DNA of 64,000 nt from positions 186,514 to 250,513 of the forward strand of contig CAZCZL010000001.1 in assembly GCA_964503315.1 (NCBI GenBank), written 5' to 3'. Of this stretch, positions 55,257 through 64,000 are shown piece by piece (position 1 is the first letter of the stretch; the number at the start of each line of letters is the position of its first letter). This DNA comes from an uncultured Ignavibacteriales bacterium (lineage in GTDB: Bacteria > Zixibacteria > MSB-5A5 > GN15 > FEB-12). The translations under genes and the position numbers were made by a program. Below the pieces are notes generated by a model. That model searched no databases. It was given only the letters and a program-made list of their open reading frames with translations, and was not told the origin of the DNA.

Positions 55257-57278
55257 CTACATTTCGTTCTCTTCGGACGATGCCGGAGCTTCGGTTGAGG
55301 TCTCGGCCGGTTCCGGAGCGGCTTCCGCGCGCAGTTCTTCCGGCATGGCATCAGCCATAGCACTGGAATTCTGCGTCGGATGCGCCGCAAGGTATTCCTC
55401 GAACTCCGCACGGTCGCGCTTCTTGAAATATGCGACGGCGGAGAGGATCACCTTGTGCTGGTTCCGGTCGAACTCGATCACCTGCAACGGCACCTGCTCT
55501 CCCTCTTTGAAGACGCCGGTCGGGTCGGTCAGATCCTTGGCGGCCAACTGTGCGGCCGGGACAAACCCTTCGACATCATCGCCGAGGTCAACCACGACGC
55601 CGCGGTCGAGCACTTTCGTGATCGTGCCGAGGCATTCAGAGCCGATCGCAAACCGCTTGGCCAGTTCGGGCCACGGATCATCAAGCAGTTGCTTGAAGCC
55701 GAGCGAAATGCGACGGTTCTCGTGGTCGATCTTCAGCACCTTCACGTCGACCTTGTCACCCTTCTTCATTACTTCAGACGGGTGTTGGATGCGCTTGGTC
55801 CAGGACATATCAGAGATATGCACCAGGCCATCGATCCCTTCTTCCAGTTCGACGAACGCGCCAAAGGCGGTCAGGTTGCGGACTTTACCGGAGACCACTT
55901 TGCCGATCGGATATTTATACTCGATCGTCAGCCACGGATCCGGTTCCATCTGCTTGATACCAAGCGATATCTTTTCGTTCTCTTTGTCCACGGAGAGCAC
56001 GATCGCGTCAACCTTGTCTCCAACATTCATGATCTTGGAGGGGTGTTTGATATGCTGGGTCCAGGACATCTCGGAAATATGAATGAGACCTTCGATCCCC
56101 TTTTCGAGCTCGACGAACGCACCGTAATCGGTAATGGAAACGACCTTGCCGGTCACTTTCTTACCAAGCGGGTACTTCTCTTCGATATTCTCCCACGGGT
56201 ACGGGGTCATTTGCTTCAGGCCAAGAGAAATACGGGATGTTTTCTCATCGAAATCCAGGATCTTGACATCGATCTTGTCGCCCAGGGAGACCATCTCGCT
56301 GGGGTGACGGATGCGACCCCACGACATATCGGTGATATGCAGCAGGCCATCGACACCGCCAAGATCGATAAAGACGCCGAAATCGGTGATATTCTTGACA
56401 TATCCCTGACGGACCTGACCGACCTGCACTTCATTGAGCAGGGTCGAGCGCATTTTCTCGCGCTCCTCTTCAAGCACCACGCGACGTGAGACGACGATAT
56501 TGCGGCGGCTCTTGTTCAACTTGATGATCTTGACATCGATGGTCTGGTTGATCAGGGCGTCAAAGTCCGGCACCTGGCGCAGAGAGATCTGCGAGCCGGG
56601 CAGGAAGGCGTCGACTCCCATGATGTCGACCACCACGCCACCTTTGATGCGGCGGGCGATACGACCGGGGATGGTCTCGCCGGAATCGTGTACCTCGCGG
56701 ATACGATCCCAGACGCGCATGAAGTCGGCTTTCTGTTTGGAAAGCAGCAACTGGCCGTTCTGGTCTTCGATCTGTTCGAGATAAACGTCGATCGGGTCGC
56801 CGACCTTGATATTCAGCGGGATGCTGAACTCGTTGATCGGGATGATCCCTTCGGATTTGAAGCCGACGTCGACAATGACGTCGTTGAGAGTCACCCCGAG
56901 GATACGGCCGCGGACGATCTCGCCTTCTTTGATGTCTTTGATGGTCGAGTCATACATTTCGACCATGGCATCGTAGTCGGCTTTGTCGTAAACGACACCG
57001 GAAACGTCGGTCACCTTGATGGCGGCGACTTCCTGGGGTTCGGCAGGCATCACCGGGCCGGAACGGGTCGACGCTTTTTCCGCCACACGTTGGCGGCGGG
57101 CTGTCGTGACGCGTTCTGCAAGATCCGTTTCCTGCGTGATCGCGGTTGTGATCACGGTGACTTCGGAATCCCGCTTGGTGATTTTGGTTTTGGTTTTGGT
57201 GGTTTTGCGTGCGGCCGTAGCTTTGCGTTTGCTCGTCTTGGCCTCAGCAGGTTTGGTGGTACGTTTGGCAACTGCCAT
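55257..57278 (-). CDS. rpsA: 30S ribosomal protein S1 with a ~98-aa basic N-terminal extension and an acidic C-terminal tail
   Basis: 673 aa with six S1 (OB) repeats. The N-terminus is MAVAKRTTKPAEAKTSKRKATAARKTTKTKTKITKR.... TAAGGAGGT Shine-Dalgarno sequence. Confidence 0.95.
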   Translation of the reverse strand: MAVAKRTTKPAEAKTSKRKATAARKTTKTKTKITKRDSEVTVITTAITQETDLAERVTTARRQRVAEKASTRSGPVMPAEPQEVAAIKVTDVSGVVYDKADYDAMVEMYDSTIKDIKEGEIVRGRILGVTLNDVIVDVGFKSEGIIPINEFSIPLNIKVGDPIDVYLEQIEDQNGQLLLSKQKADFMRVWDRIREVHDSGETIPGRIARRIKGGVVVDIMGVDAFLPGSQISLRQVPDFDALINQTIDVKIIKLNKSRRNIVVSRRVVLEEEREKMRSTLLNEVQVGQVRQGYVKNITDFGVFIDLGGVDGLLHITDMSWGRIRHPSEMVSLGDKIDVKILDFDEKTSRISLGLKQMTPYPWENIEEKYPLGKKVTGKVVSITDYGAFVELEKGIEGLIHISEMSWTQHIKHPSKIMNVGDKVDAIVLSVDKENEKISLGIKQMEPDPWLTIEYKYPIGKVVSGKVRNLTAFGAFVELEEGIDGLVHISDMSWTKRIQHPSEVMKKGDKVDVKVLKIDHENRRISLGFKQLLDDPWPELAKRFAIGSECLGTITKVLDRGVVVDLGDDVEGFVPAAQLAAKDLTDPTGVFKEGEQVPLQVIEFDRNQHKVILSAVAYFKKRDRAEFEEYLAAHPTQNSSAMADAMPEELRAEAAPEPAETSTEAPASSEENEM

Positions 57279-57396
57279 GAAACTAAAAGAACCTCCTTAC
57301 ATTCACTCCGCCGGTTTTGATTTTTTCCTCACGGAAAACCAGCGAAACGTCCTCCTTCTACACTATGATCATCAAAGCGTTAGGAAGTAGCCTTCA

Positions 57397-57424
57397 TATA
57401 TAACAGGATATCGGGATATTTCAA
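57397..57424 (-). promoter_or_regulatory. Candidate rpsA promoter
   Basis: On the minus strand: TTGAAA, 16 nt, TATATA, followed by a ~110-nt leader. Confidence 0.4.
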
Positions 57425-57450
57425 GCGGATTTTTGCCCGAAACGACTGGA

Positions 57451-58080
57451 TCACCGGCGATTGTTCGCTTCCAAAGTAGCGGCTTTGAGTGCGGCAATGC
57501 GAACCATCACCGCCGCCGCAATCTGTTGGTAGCCATCATCTTTCCCCTCAAATGACATCACCCAGTCGGCCGGAAATGGCTCACCGTACTTGATTGCCAT
57601 CCTGTCCCGTCCCCAGAAACAGTCTTTCAATCTGTTTGACCCGTGGACGTAACCGGGGACAATCATGCATCCCGCCTTCACTGCCAGAAGACCCACCCCC
57701 GGCTTAGGGTCGAGGAAACCGTCTATCTTGGACCTGGTCCCTTCGGGAAAAATGGTCAGGCCGTAGCCGCGGGCGATGACGTCCAGAGACATCTGTAATG
57801 CCTGGCGATCCACGGCCCCACGCTTCACAGGAAGCGCGTTGGTCTGCCGGATTATCCATCCAAAGAACTTGTTCTTGAAGAGCTCCTGCTTGGCAAAAAA
57901 GTATACCTGGCGGGGCGCCCAGGAGCCAACCAGCAACGGATCGTAATAGGAAACATGATTGGTGGCGAGAATGAATCCGCCCGACTCAGGAAAATGCTCC
58001 TGCCCGGAAACTCTGATGCGAAAGACCAGCTTGCTGATGATCCGGGTAACCGACCAACCCAGATAATACAGGATCTTCAT
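57451..58080 (-). CDS. plsC: 1-acyl-sn-glycerol-3-phosphate acyltransferase
   Basis: 209 aa. NHVSYYDP (HX4D) and FPEGTRS motifs. Confidence 0.9.
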   Translation of the reverse strand: MKILYYLGWSVTRIISKLVFRIRVSGQEHFPESGGFILATNHVSYYDPLLVGSWAPRQVYFFAKQELFKNKFFGWIIRQTNALPVKRGAVDRQALQMSLDVIARGYGLTIFPEGTRSKIDGFLDPKPGVGLLAVKAGCMIVPGYVHGSNRLKDCFWGRDRMAIKYGEPFPADWVMSFEGKDDGYQQIAAAVMVRIAALKAATLEANNRR

Positions 58081-58778
58081 TTTGCCTTGGCGTTGGACTT
58101 GAGCAGCGCGACTATCCGGTCCACCTGTTCTTCAATGGTCAGGATGGTGGTATCTATCACATACGCGTCATCGGCTTTGCGGAGCGGAGAATGCTGGCGC
58201 CCGGAATCGAAATTGTCGCGGCGGCGCAGGTCATTTTCCTGCTCTTCGAGGCTGGTCTCGACTCCCATTTTCAGCAGGTCGAGCATACGGCGCTGCGCAC
58301 GGCACTCCAGTGAAGCGTCCAGATATATCTTCAGGTGAGCGTCGGGGAAAACAACGGTCGTGGTATCGCGACCCTCAGCGACGATATTCCCGAGCCTCCC
58401 AAGTTCCTGCTGCTTGGCGACCATCGCTTCGCGGACTCCGCGATGGGCCGAAACCTCGGAGACATGGCGGTTGATCTCCGGAGTGCGGATCCGTTCGGTC
58501 AGATCCTCTTCGTTGACAAATATCCGATTAACATCGGCGTGCGTTTCAAAACGGATATGCATTTCATCGGCGAGCCGTTTGAGGAGCAATCCATCCGATG
58601 GCAGGATGCGCCGACGCAAGGCCAGCACTGTCAGGGCGCGATACATCGCACCAGTATCGAGATAGTTATAATGCAGACGCGCGGCCAGTAGCCGGGCGGT
58701 GGTCGACTTACCCGAACCGGCAGGTCCGTCGAGGGCTATTACACAATTCTGCGGATGCGAGTTGTTCTTGGTTGTCAT
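58077..58778 (-). CDS. cmk: (d)CMP kinase
   Basis: 233 aa. IALDGPAGSGKSTTARLLA...LDTGAMYRA. Confidence 0.95.
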   Translation of the reverse strand: MTTKNNSHPQNCVIALDGPAGSGKSTTARLLAARLHYNYLDTGAMYRALTVLALRRRILPSDGLLLKRLADEMHIRFETHADVNRIFVNEEDLTERIRTPEINRHVSEVSAHRGVREAMVAKQQELGRLGNIVAEGRDTTTVVFPDAHLKIYLDASLECRAQRRMLDLLKMGVETSLEEQENDLRRRDNFDSGRQHSPLRKADDAYVIDTTILTIEEQVDRIVALLKSNAKAK

Positions 58779-58785
58779 GGGGCGA

Positions 58786-58814
58786 AATCTATGCTTCTCG
58801 TTTGGTCAGGTCAA
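58786..58814 (-). promoter_or_regulatory. Sigma70-type promoter abutting the cmk ATG (leaderless candidate)
   Basis: On the minus strand: TTGACC, 17 nt, TAGATT, 7 nt, ATG 58778. No Shine-Dalgarno sequence. Confidence 0.45.
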
Positions 58815-58889
58815 GTAGCGGTCACGCTCACTCTATGAAAAGTGGCGGGACATCCCCCTGCTTCCACCCACCCTGATCCACTTCCTCAG

Positions 58890-59651
58890 TTATTCCGCCG
58901 GAGGTGTATCAAACCATTTCAGATGCATGTTAATATAGGTACTATCTGAACGAATCGCGTCCAGCGCGGTATTGATCTGCGCGAGAAGTGAGTCATTCCC
59001 CTTGCGGATGGCGATCCCATACTGCTCGCGGCTCAGGATATCACCGACCGTCTTCGCCGAACCATGCGAGCGGATGTATGCCTGCGTAGTCGGATAATCA
59101 TTCAAGACGGCATCGAGATTGCCGTTGGCCATGTCGATGAATGCGGCTCCGATATTGTCATAGGAAAAGACCTGCAGTCCCTCGGTTCGCTGGGCCATCA
59201 ATTCACCTGTCGTCCCTAACTGCACACCGACGCGCTTGCCCGGAAGGTCCGCAATACCGGTAATCGAATTGTTATCCAGCAATACGGCAACCACCTGACC
59301 CGCGGTGTAATATGGCTTGGAGAAATTCACAACCGCCGCGCGCTCCGGCGTAATGGTAATAGAAGAGATGGCAACATCGTACTTCTCTCCCTGCAATCCG
59401 GGGATCATTCCATCAAATGGCGTAATGATAAACTTGGTGGTCCAGCCATTCCGACGGGCGACCTCGGTGATCAGGTCGATGTCAAATCCCTCCGGTTGAC
59501 CGGTCTCGGTGTTGACCGTCTCAAATGGCGGGTAGGTGGCGTCCGTGCCGACCTTGAGCACTCTGCCCGACTTCTGAACCGAATTCTCTGACCCGCCGCA
59601 CGCGGCAAATAGGGCAAAAAGGATACCAAGCGCAAGGATGTGTCGTGTCAT
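58890..59651 (-). CDS. Amino-acid ABC transporter substrate-binding lipoprotein (family 3 SBP), orphan
   Basis: 253 aa. Lipobox LFAAC. LKVGTDATYPPFE...GFDIDL motifs. No permease or ATPase gene is adjacent. Confidence 0.85.
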   Translation of the reverse strand: MTRHILALGILFALFAACGGSENSVQKSGRVLKVGTDATYPPFETVNTETGQPEGFDIDLITEVARRNGWTTKFIITPFDGMIPGLQGEKYDVAISSITITPERAAVVNFSKPYYTAGQVVAVLLDNNSITGIADLPGKRVGVQLGTTGELMAQRTEGLQVFSYDNIGAAFIDMANGNLDAVLNDYPTTQAYIRSHGSAKTVGDILSREQYGIAIRKGNDSLLAQINTALDAIRSDSTYINMHLKWFDTPPAE

Positions 59652-59722
59652 GATAGATTGATACTCCTGATAACAGGAATCAATGAAAGTCGGGCGGAGA
59701 ACGCAACCACTTTATGCGGGTC

Positions 59723-59766
59723 AAAAAAACGAGAGCCGATCCGTGCTTGCCTTCACGAATCGGCTC
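59723..59766 (-). terminator. Rho-independent terminator of the sigma/anti-sigma/PspC/LiaF-like operon
   Basis: On the minus strand, GAGCCGAT-N18-ATCGGCTC is followed by TCGTTTTTTT. It lies 25 nt past the stop at 59791. Confidence 0.7.
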
Positions 59767-59790
59767 CGTACTGGAGGAAGAAAAAGAGAA

Positions 59791-60690
59791 TCAATAGTAA
59801 TCGATATTCAGTGAGCTGAGCCGGTCATCCAGATCGACCTGTATCTTGTTGCTCAGCGTATCAAATCCTTCGGAAATAAACGATCCATTGCGACGGACCA
59901 GGTTGAAACGCGAGAGATACGTCTCGTCCTCCACTCCGGTCACTTTGAGTCCGGCATTCTCCGGGACGCGCAGACGGAGTTCCGAATTCTCACCTTCCAC
60001 GGTCACGGCGACATCCGGCTCGGTCGTGCCTAGCTTCAGATAGACAGCACCGTCATTAACCTGCACCTTTACTCTCTTCACGGGTGTCGTGGCGAGATTG
60101 AGGTGAACATCAGACTCCTCGCCAGTGCATTCCAAAGTCAATGGAAGCGAGTTGGAGAAAGAGAGGAACCAGTCATTGGAATCATCCGTCTCTATCCGCA
60201 CCATCCCGCCAAGCCAGCGTTTGGTTTTGCCGATCAGCTTCAAGACTCCTTCTTCACCCTCGGTGGTGAAGGATATCTCCGGTTTCACCGTGAACTCACG
60301 GAACTGACCATCGAACAGCTGGTCGCTGGCGTCGCGAACGGTCAGGTTCCCCTGTCCCAGATCGATCACCGCGTGCAAGGAATTGACTTTCCCTTCATTC
60401 GGAATACTGTAGCTCGTTTCCGAGAAAAAGCTGTCGTCGGTACCACCACGGCTACCGGAGAGGACTATCCAGAGCCCGCCGGCAAAGATAAGTACGGTTG
60501 TGGCGTACGCGACATACTGGGCTTTGGTCTTGGTGAAGATCTTCTCCAGACCGATCGCGATCAGAAGGATCGGGAAGTAGAGCACCAGGTCTGCCCAGAA
60601 ATTGTTATTGATAGCGTCCAGGTTCTGTAAGAGCAGGATCACGCCCAACAGAACCAGGAGCATACCCCATCGAAACCGTGCTGGCGTCAT
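59791..60690 (-). CDS. LiaF-like membrane protein with a C-terminal toastrack (DUF2154/DUF4097-like) domain
   Basis: 299 aa. The N-terminal TM bundle (RWGMLLVLLGVILLLQNLD) is followed by a beta-rich repetitive C-terminal domain. It overlaps the PspC gene by 4 nt. Confidence 0.65.
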   Translation of the reverse strand: MTPARFRWGMLLVLLGVILLLQNLDAINNNFWADLVLYFPILLIAIGLEKIFTKTKAQYVAYATTVLIFAGGLWIVLSGSRGGTDDSFFSETSYSIPNEGKVNSLHAVIDLGQGNLTVRDASDQLFDGQFREFTVKPEISFTTEGEEGVLKLIGKTKRWLGGMVRIETDDSNDWFLSFSNSLPLTLECTGEESDVHLNLATTPVKRVKVQVNDGAVYLKLGTTEPDVAVTVEGENSELRLRVPENAGLKVTGVEDETYLSRFNLVRRNGSFISEGFDTLSNKIQVDLDDRLSSLNIDYY

Positions 60691-61163
60691 GCCGAGAATC
60701 CTCCATTCTGCTCAGTCTGCGGCGCCTGCTTTGGAGCGGACTCGCGCTTGCTATGCCCTTTATAGAGCACCAGCAGCAATCCGATCGCTATCAGGGTCAC
60801 CGGCCAGAACTTCTCCCAGACATCTTCGATATCAAACCAGTAGACATTTTCGTGGATAAAGAAGATCACGCCAAGCGCGATCAACAGGATACCCGGCAAC
60901 AGGCGGCTCCAGGGGGAATAGTCGCGCTGGATCGGCACACCTGCGGCATCTGCAATCGGTTCATCAAGGGGCATTCCGGCCGGCCGCTTCCTGACCGAGA
61001 TCCAGAGGATCAGGTAGGCCAACAGCCCGAAGCCGGAGGCAAAGGTGAGAAGCACAAAGAGAATGCGGACAAAAGCCGGGTCGACATTGAAGTATTCCCC
61101 GAGTCCTCCGCAGACGCCACCAATGTAGCGCTCAGTTGTTGAACGGTATAGCCGTCTCACCAT
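60687..61163 (-). CDS. PspC-domain membrane protein
   Basis: 158 aa. RLYRSTTERYIGGVCGGLGEYFNVDPAFVRILFVLL. Confidence 0.85.
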   Translation of the reverse strand: MVRRLYRSTTERYIGGVCGGLGEYFNVDPAFVRILFVLLTFASGFGLLAYLILWISVRKRPAGMPLDEPIADAAGVPIQRDYSPWSRLLPGILLIALGVIFFIHENVYWFDIEDVWEKFWPVTLIAIGLLLVLYKGHSKRESAPKQAPQTEQNGGFSA

Positions 61164-61221
61164 ATCGTACTCCTTCCGTTATCGTTAGGTATACTTACGA
61201 GATGGCGCGACAAAAGGTTCG

Positions 61222-62361
61222 CTATTTTTGGGGCGGGGTTGGACGCTCAGCGGCCAGACGATCCAGATAACCTTGCGCGGTTGCAGCGGCGGTAGAGTCT
61301 GATGACTTGGCCACAGTCTCCAGAATCCGCTTCGAGTCCGCATATTCGATCGGGTCATCGGTCAACAGAGCGACCTGAAAACAAGACTCAAGATAACGAG
61401 TCTTCACTTCGGTGCTGTCTTTAAGGCTCAGTGAAGCGGCGGCCTTCTTCTTCGTATCAGACTTTAACGAGTTGACCCCGTACTTGCTCATCAATGATTC
61501 TGCGGGCTTGTCTACGATACCTTTGAGTGAGTCACGGACTGTCCGCCAGCGTACAAGTTCCGGCGATACCGTCGCGACAAATTCATCAGCCTGTTCAGAG
61601 GACGCTGCAGTCTTAAGCTCTTCCACGATTGGTTCGGCCACCTTACCTGCGGCCGCAGGAGCGGCCTGCTTCTGCATCGCCTCTGGCTCCGGTTGTGGTG
61701 GAGCGAGTTTCTGAACGATCACACGTGGCTGGACTGGGAGTTCTTGAGTTACACTGTCCTGGGCAATGTTCGGTTCGCGCGGGACACCAGACTCCTGCTT
61801 CTCTTTGGAACGCAGAACTGTCTCGCCGCCTGCCGATTCATTGTCTTTAGAGGTCTCCTGCAATTCACGACGTTCCTCGGCGTTGCCCTTCTTCGCAGTG
61901 GAATCCGCTTCAGTGGTCAGTCGGCTGTCTTTTGCAGGAGGTGTATCCGCTGTCTTGATCTGTACTTTGTCTGTCTGCTCCTGTAGCACGGTCGGCTCGG
62001 ACTTCTTCAGAATCTCGTCTTTGTTAATGCCGATGAAAACCAGCAAGGCAACAGATGCCGCCACGGCAGACAGTTTCCAGACCATCCCTCTTTCCCAGCC
62101 AGATTTTGGGACCGGAGTAATGATCGTTTCCTGTCCGAAGCCCAATTTGCCTTCGATCTTCCGCGCGTTCTGCTCCCAATAGTCGGACTGACCCAGCTCG
62201 ATCTTGTCCGCAACCAGTTGATCAAGCCGCTCCAGATCGGCCAGCAGTTTCTGGCATTCAGAGCACGAAGCGACATGCTGCGCCAGCATCTCTTGCTCCT
62301 GGGTAGGTAACTCCCGGTCATGATAGGCCGAGACTTTGTCGCGAAAATATGAGTGATCCAT
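61222..62361 (-). CDS. Anti-sigma factor (zf-HC2) with one TM helix and a long low-complexity periplasmic region
   Basis: 379 aa. HVASCSECQ is the HX3CX2C motif. TM helix VWKLSAVAASVALLVFIGI. Confidence 0.8.
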   Translation of the reverse strand: MDHSYFRDKVSAYHDRELPTQEQEMLAQHVASCSECQKLLADLERLDQLVADKIELGQSDYWEQNARKIEGKLGFGQETIITPVPKSGWERGMVWKLSAVAASVALLVFIGINKDEILKKSEPTVLQEQTDKVQIKTADTPPAKDSRLTTEADSTAKKGNAEERRELQETSKDNESAGGETVLRSKEKQESGVPREPNIAQDSVTQELPVQPRVIVQKLAPPQPEPEAMQKQAAPAAAGKVAEPIVEELKTAASSEQADEFVATVSPELVRWRTVRDSLKGIVDKPAESLMSKYGVNSLKSDTKKKAAASLSLKDSTEVKTRYLESCFQVALLTDDPIEYADSKRILETVAKSSDSTAAATAQGYLDRLAAERPTPPQK

Positions 62362-62391
62362 ACTTAACTCGTCTTCTGCTCCCGCATGCCG

Positions 62392-63051
62392 CTACTCCAG
62401 CAGATCTTTCAGTTCTTTCATCAGATGCTGTCGTGCGCGATACAACCGTGAATCGACAGTCCCCGGAGGGATCTTCAGGTAATTCGCTATCTCCACATAA
62501 TCCATGTTCTCAAAATGCCGCAGGACGAAGACTGAACGATACGTGGTAGGCATCGCCATCAACGCTTTATAGAAGCGCTTCTTCCCTTCTTCGTCGAGCA
62601 GCTGCTCAAGCGGCCCTAGTTCGACAGAGGCCGGGTCATACCCTTTTTCCGTCAACTTGTCCAATGATTCTTTTTTCTCCTCGCGGGCAATCTGGGTGTA
62701 GGCCAAATTCCGGGCGATGGTGGAGAGCCAGGGGTAAAACGCGTAATCGGAGCGGAATGTCTTGAGCGCGGACCAGGCTCGCACAAATGCCTCCTGGACA
62801 ATATCTTCCGTCTGGTCGACCGAACCGACCAAACCGTAGATATAGCGGTATAACTTCTTCTGGTGCAACCGGATAAGTTGCCCGAACGCCTTCTGGTCTC
62901 CATTCTGAGCGGCCTCGACCAACTTCCGCTCAGGGGACTTGGCGTCCGACTTCTCTACCATCTCAGGAGCCGTTTCTTCCCGCTCACCAAAAGGATTTGA
63001 CGGTATCTCCCCGTCCGGCAGGGGGCGGCCGGATCTGCCCTCGTCGACCAC
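62392..63051 (-). CDS. ECF (sigma-70 group IV) RNA polymerase sigma factor
   Basis: 219 aa with a GTG start overlapping the holA stop; the alternative ATG is at 62961. Region 2 is YRYIYGLVGSVDQTEDIVQEAFVRAW; region 4 is MDYVEIANYLKIPPGTVDSRLYRAR. Confidence 0.9.
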   Translation of the reverse strand: MVDEGRSGRPLPDGEIPSNPFGEREETAPEMVEKSDAKSPERKLVEAAQNGDQKAFGQLIRLHQKKLYRYIYGLVGSVDQTEDIVQEAFVRAWSALKTFRSDYAFYPWLSTIARNLAYTQIAREEKKESLDKLTEKGYDPASVELGPLEQLLDEEGKKRFYKALMAMPTTYRSVFVLRHFENMDYVEIANYLKIPPGTVDSRLYRARQHLMKELKDLLE

Positions 63052-64000
63052 TACTGCGCCCCTTTCGAACTGACCAGCTGCATCGCCAGTGATTCGAGTA
63101 TCATTTCCGGCTTTACATGAGGAGGGAGGCGTCGAAGTTGCGCGTCGGTATCGGCGATTTGCAGCACGATCCGCTCAAGTTGATCGGCGGAGAATCCGCG
63201 CGCCTGCTGACGATACTGATTCGCCAGCCACTGACGCTTCGCGTCCGGTACTGGTTTGCCGTTCTTGACGAGATAGAGCGAGACAAAATGCTGACCGATG
63301 AAATAGAGAATGGCGGTCGGCGAATTCCCTTCGGCGATCATGGTGCGCAGGCAGGTCAATACCTGAGTTCCACTGCCATTGGTGATATGATTCCCCACAT
63401 CCCACATCTGGAAAACCTGATATCCGGAGGTCATGGTCCGAACATCCTGTTCGCTGATCGTCTCTCCCGGCTGCTTATAATTCGCCAGCTTGTTTATCTC
63501 TGCGGTGAGCGCGCCATGATCCCCGGCAATCATTTCTGTAAGAAGTTTGAGCGCCCTGGCGTCGATCTTGAGACTGAGCTTGCCTAGCTTTCCGGTGATC
63601 TGAGCCGCGGTTTCTTCCTGAGTCAGTTTGTTGAACTCAACCGCGGTGACAAGCGGCGAAAGGACCTTGAAGATAGTCGCGTCCTTCTTCGGCTTTTTCG
63701 CCGCGGGAGTGACAAAGACCAGGACCCGATTCGGATCAGGCGGGGTCATCAGCTTGGCGATCCGCGTGAGATCTTCCTTTTTGTAGTGCTGGATATCTGT
63801 TACTACAAAGACCTGCCGCTCACCAAGCATGGGATAAACCGAGAGTGTCGCGATGAGATCGGCCGCGGAAGTCCGCTTGCCATCTACGCGCCGGTAGTTG
63901 GTTGTCAATTGCTTGTTAGGGAGAAACTGGCCGGCGAGATATTTCTGGGCCTCCATCATCCGATGGTCCTCTGTCCCATAGAAATAATAAGCAGGCGCGA
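63051..64000 (-). CDS. holA: DNA polymerase III subunit delta (5' end runs off the window)
   Basis: The ORF track starts at Met 63959, but the frame stays open to the window end (..APAYYFYGTEDHRMMEAQKYL). That matches the HolA N-terminal YLLYGEE-type motif, so the true start is probably beyond 64000. Confidence 0.85.
   Translation of the reverse strand, partial: APAYYFYGTEDHRMMEAQKYLAGQFLPNKQLTTNYRRVDGKRTSAADLIATLSVYPMLGERQVFVVTDIQHYKKEDLTRIAKLMTPPDPNRVLVFVTPAAKKPKKDATIFKVLSPLVTAVEFNKLTQEETAAQITGKLGKLSLKIDARALKLLTEMIAGDHGALTAEINKLANYKQPGETISEQDVRTMTSGYQVFQMWDVGNHITNGSGTQVLTCLRTMIAEGNSPTAILYFIGQHFVSLYLVKNGKPVPDAKRQWLANQYRQQARGFSADQLERIVLQIADTDAQLRRLPPHVKPEMILESLAMQLVSSKGAQ

Noticed and set aside
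55252-57320. Long plus-strand ORFs (276, 369, 116 and 210 aa) antisense to rpsA
   Set aside because: The minus strand encodes a complete six-domain S1 protein. The antisense ORFs are low-complexity, Arg/Ser/Asp-rich, lack credible starts or Shine-Dalgarno sequences, and are the usual stop-poor mirror frames of GC-rich coding DNA.

Overview
The window is a gene-dense chromosomal segment with about 62 protein-coding genes. By eye I found no rRNA, tRNA, CRISPR array, transposase or integrase. The organism is diderm, because a large lipid A/Kdo block is present (lpxC-fabZ fusion, lpxA, lpxB, waaA, lpxK, kdsB). The LpxC-FabZ fusion, a dockerin-like C-terminal module and many signal-peptide proteins suggest an uncultivated FCB-superphylum-like lineage. 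That placement is inference only; no search was run. GC looks moderately high by eye and was not computed.

Most of the content is housekeeping:
- rho, rsfS, panD/panC, pyrG, gatC, guaA, nadB, ruvX, mltG, rpsA, cmk, plsC, mtaB and holA.
- A small Fe-S unit (Rrf2 regulator, IscA, DUF2480-like protein, Fdx).
- A surface-polysaccharide cluster (Wza, PCP, LbH acetyltransferase, two DegT aminotransferases, MurJ-type flippase, GT4).

The stretches that look least ordinary are:
1. An isolated, translationally coupled array of four paralogous prepilin-type (GspG-like) genes at 1770-5671. Two carry unrelated C-terminal add-on modules, and no pilus or T2SS assembly genes occur anywhere in the window.
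2. A histidine-kinase-like protein with degenerate catalytic motifs, translationally coupled to an NtrC-type activator whose GAFTGA loop reads GSFTNA.
3. A stand-alone 114-aa HisKA (DHp) protein.
4. An ECF sigma / anti-sigma / PspC / LiaF-toastrack operon.
5. A Gfo/Idh/MocA oxidoreductase embedded in the lpx operon, a possible GnnA-type route to GlcN3N lipid A.
6. A recurring TTGACx-16..18-TAnnTT-5..8-ATG arrangement in front of at least six genes without Shine-Dalgarno sequences, implying leaderless mRNAs.

All family calls come from motif recognition by eye. No database search was run.
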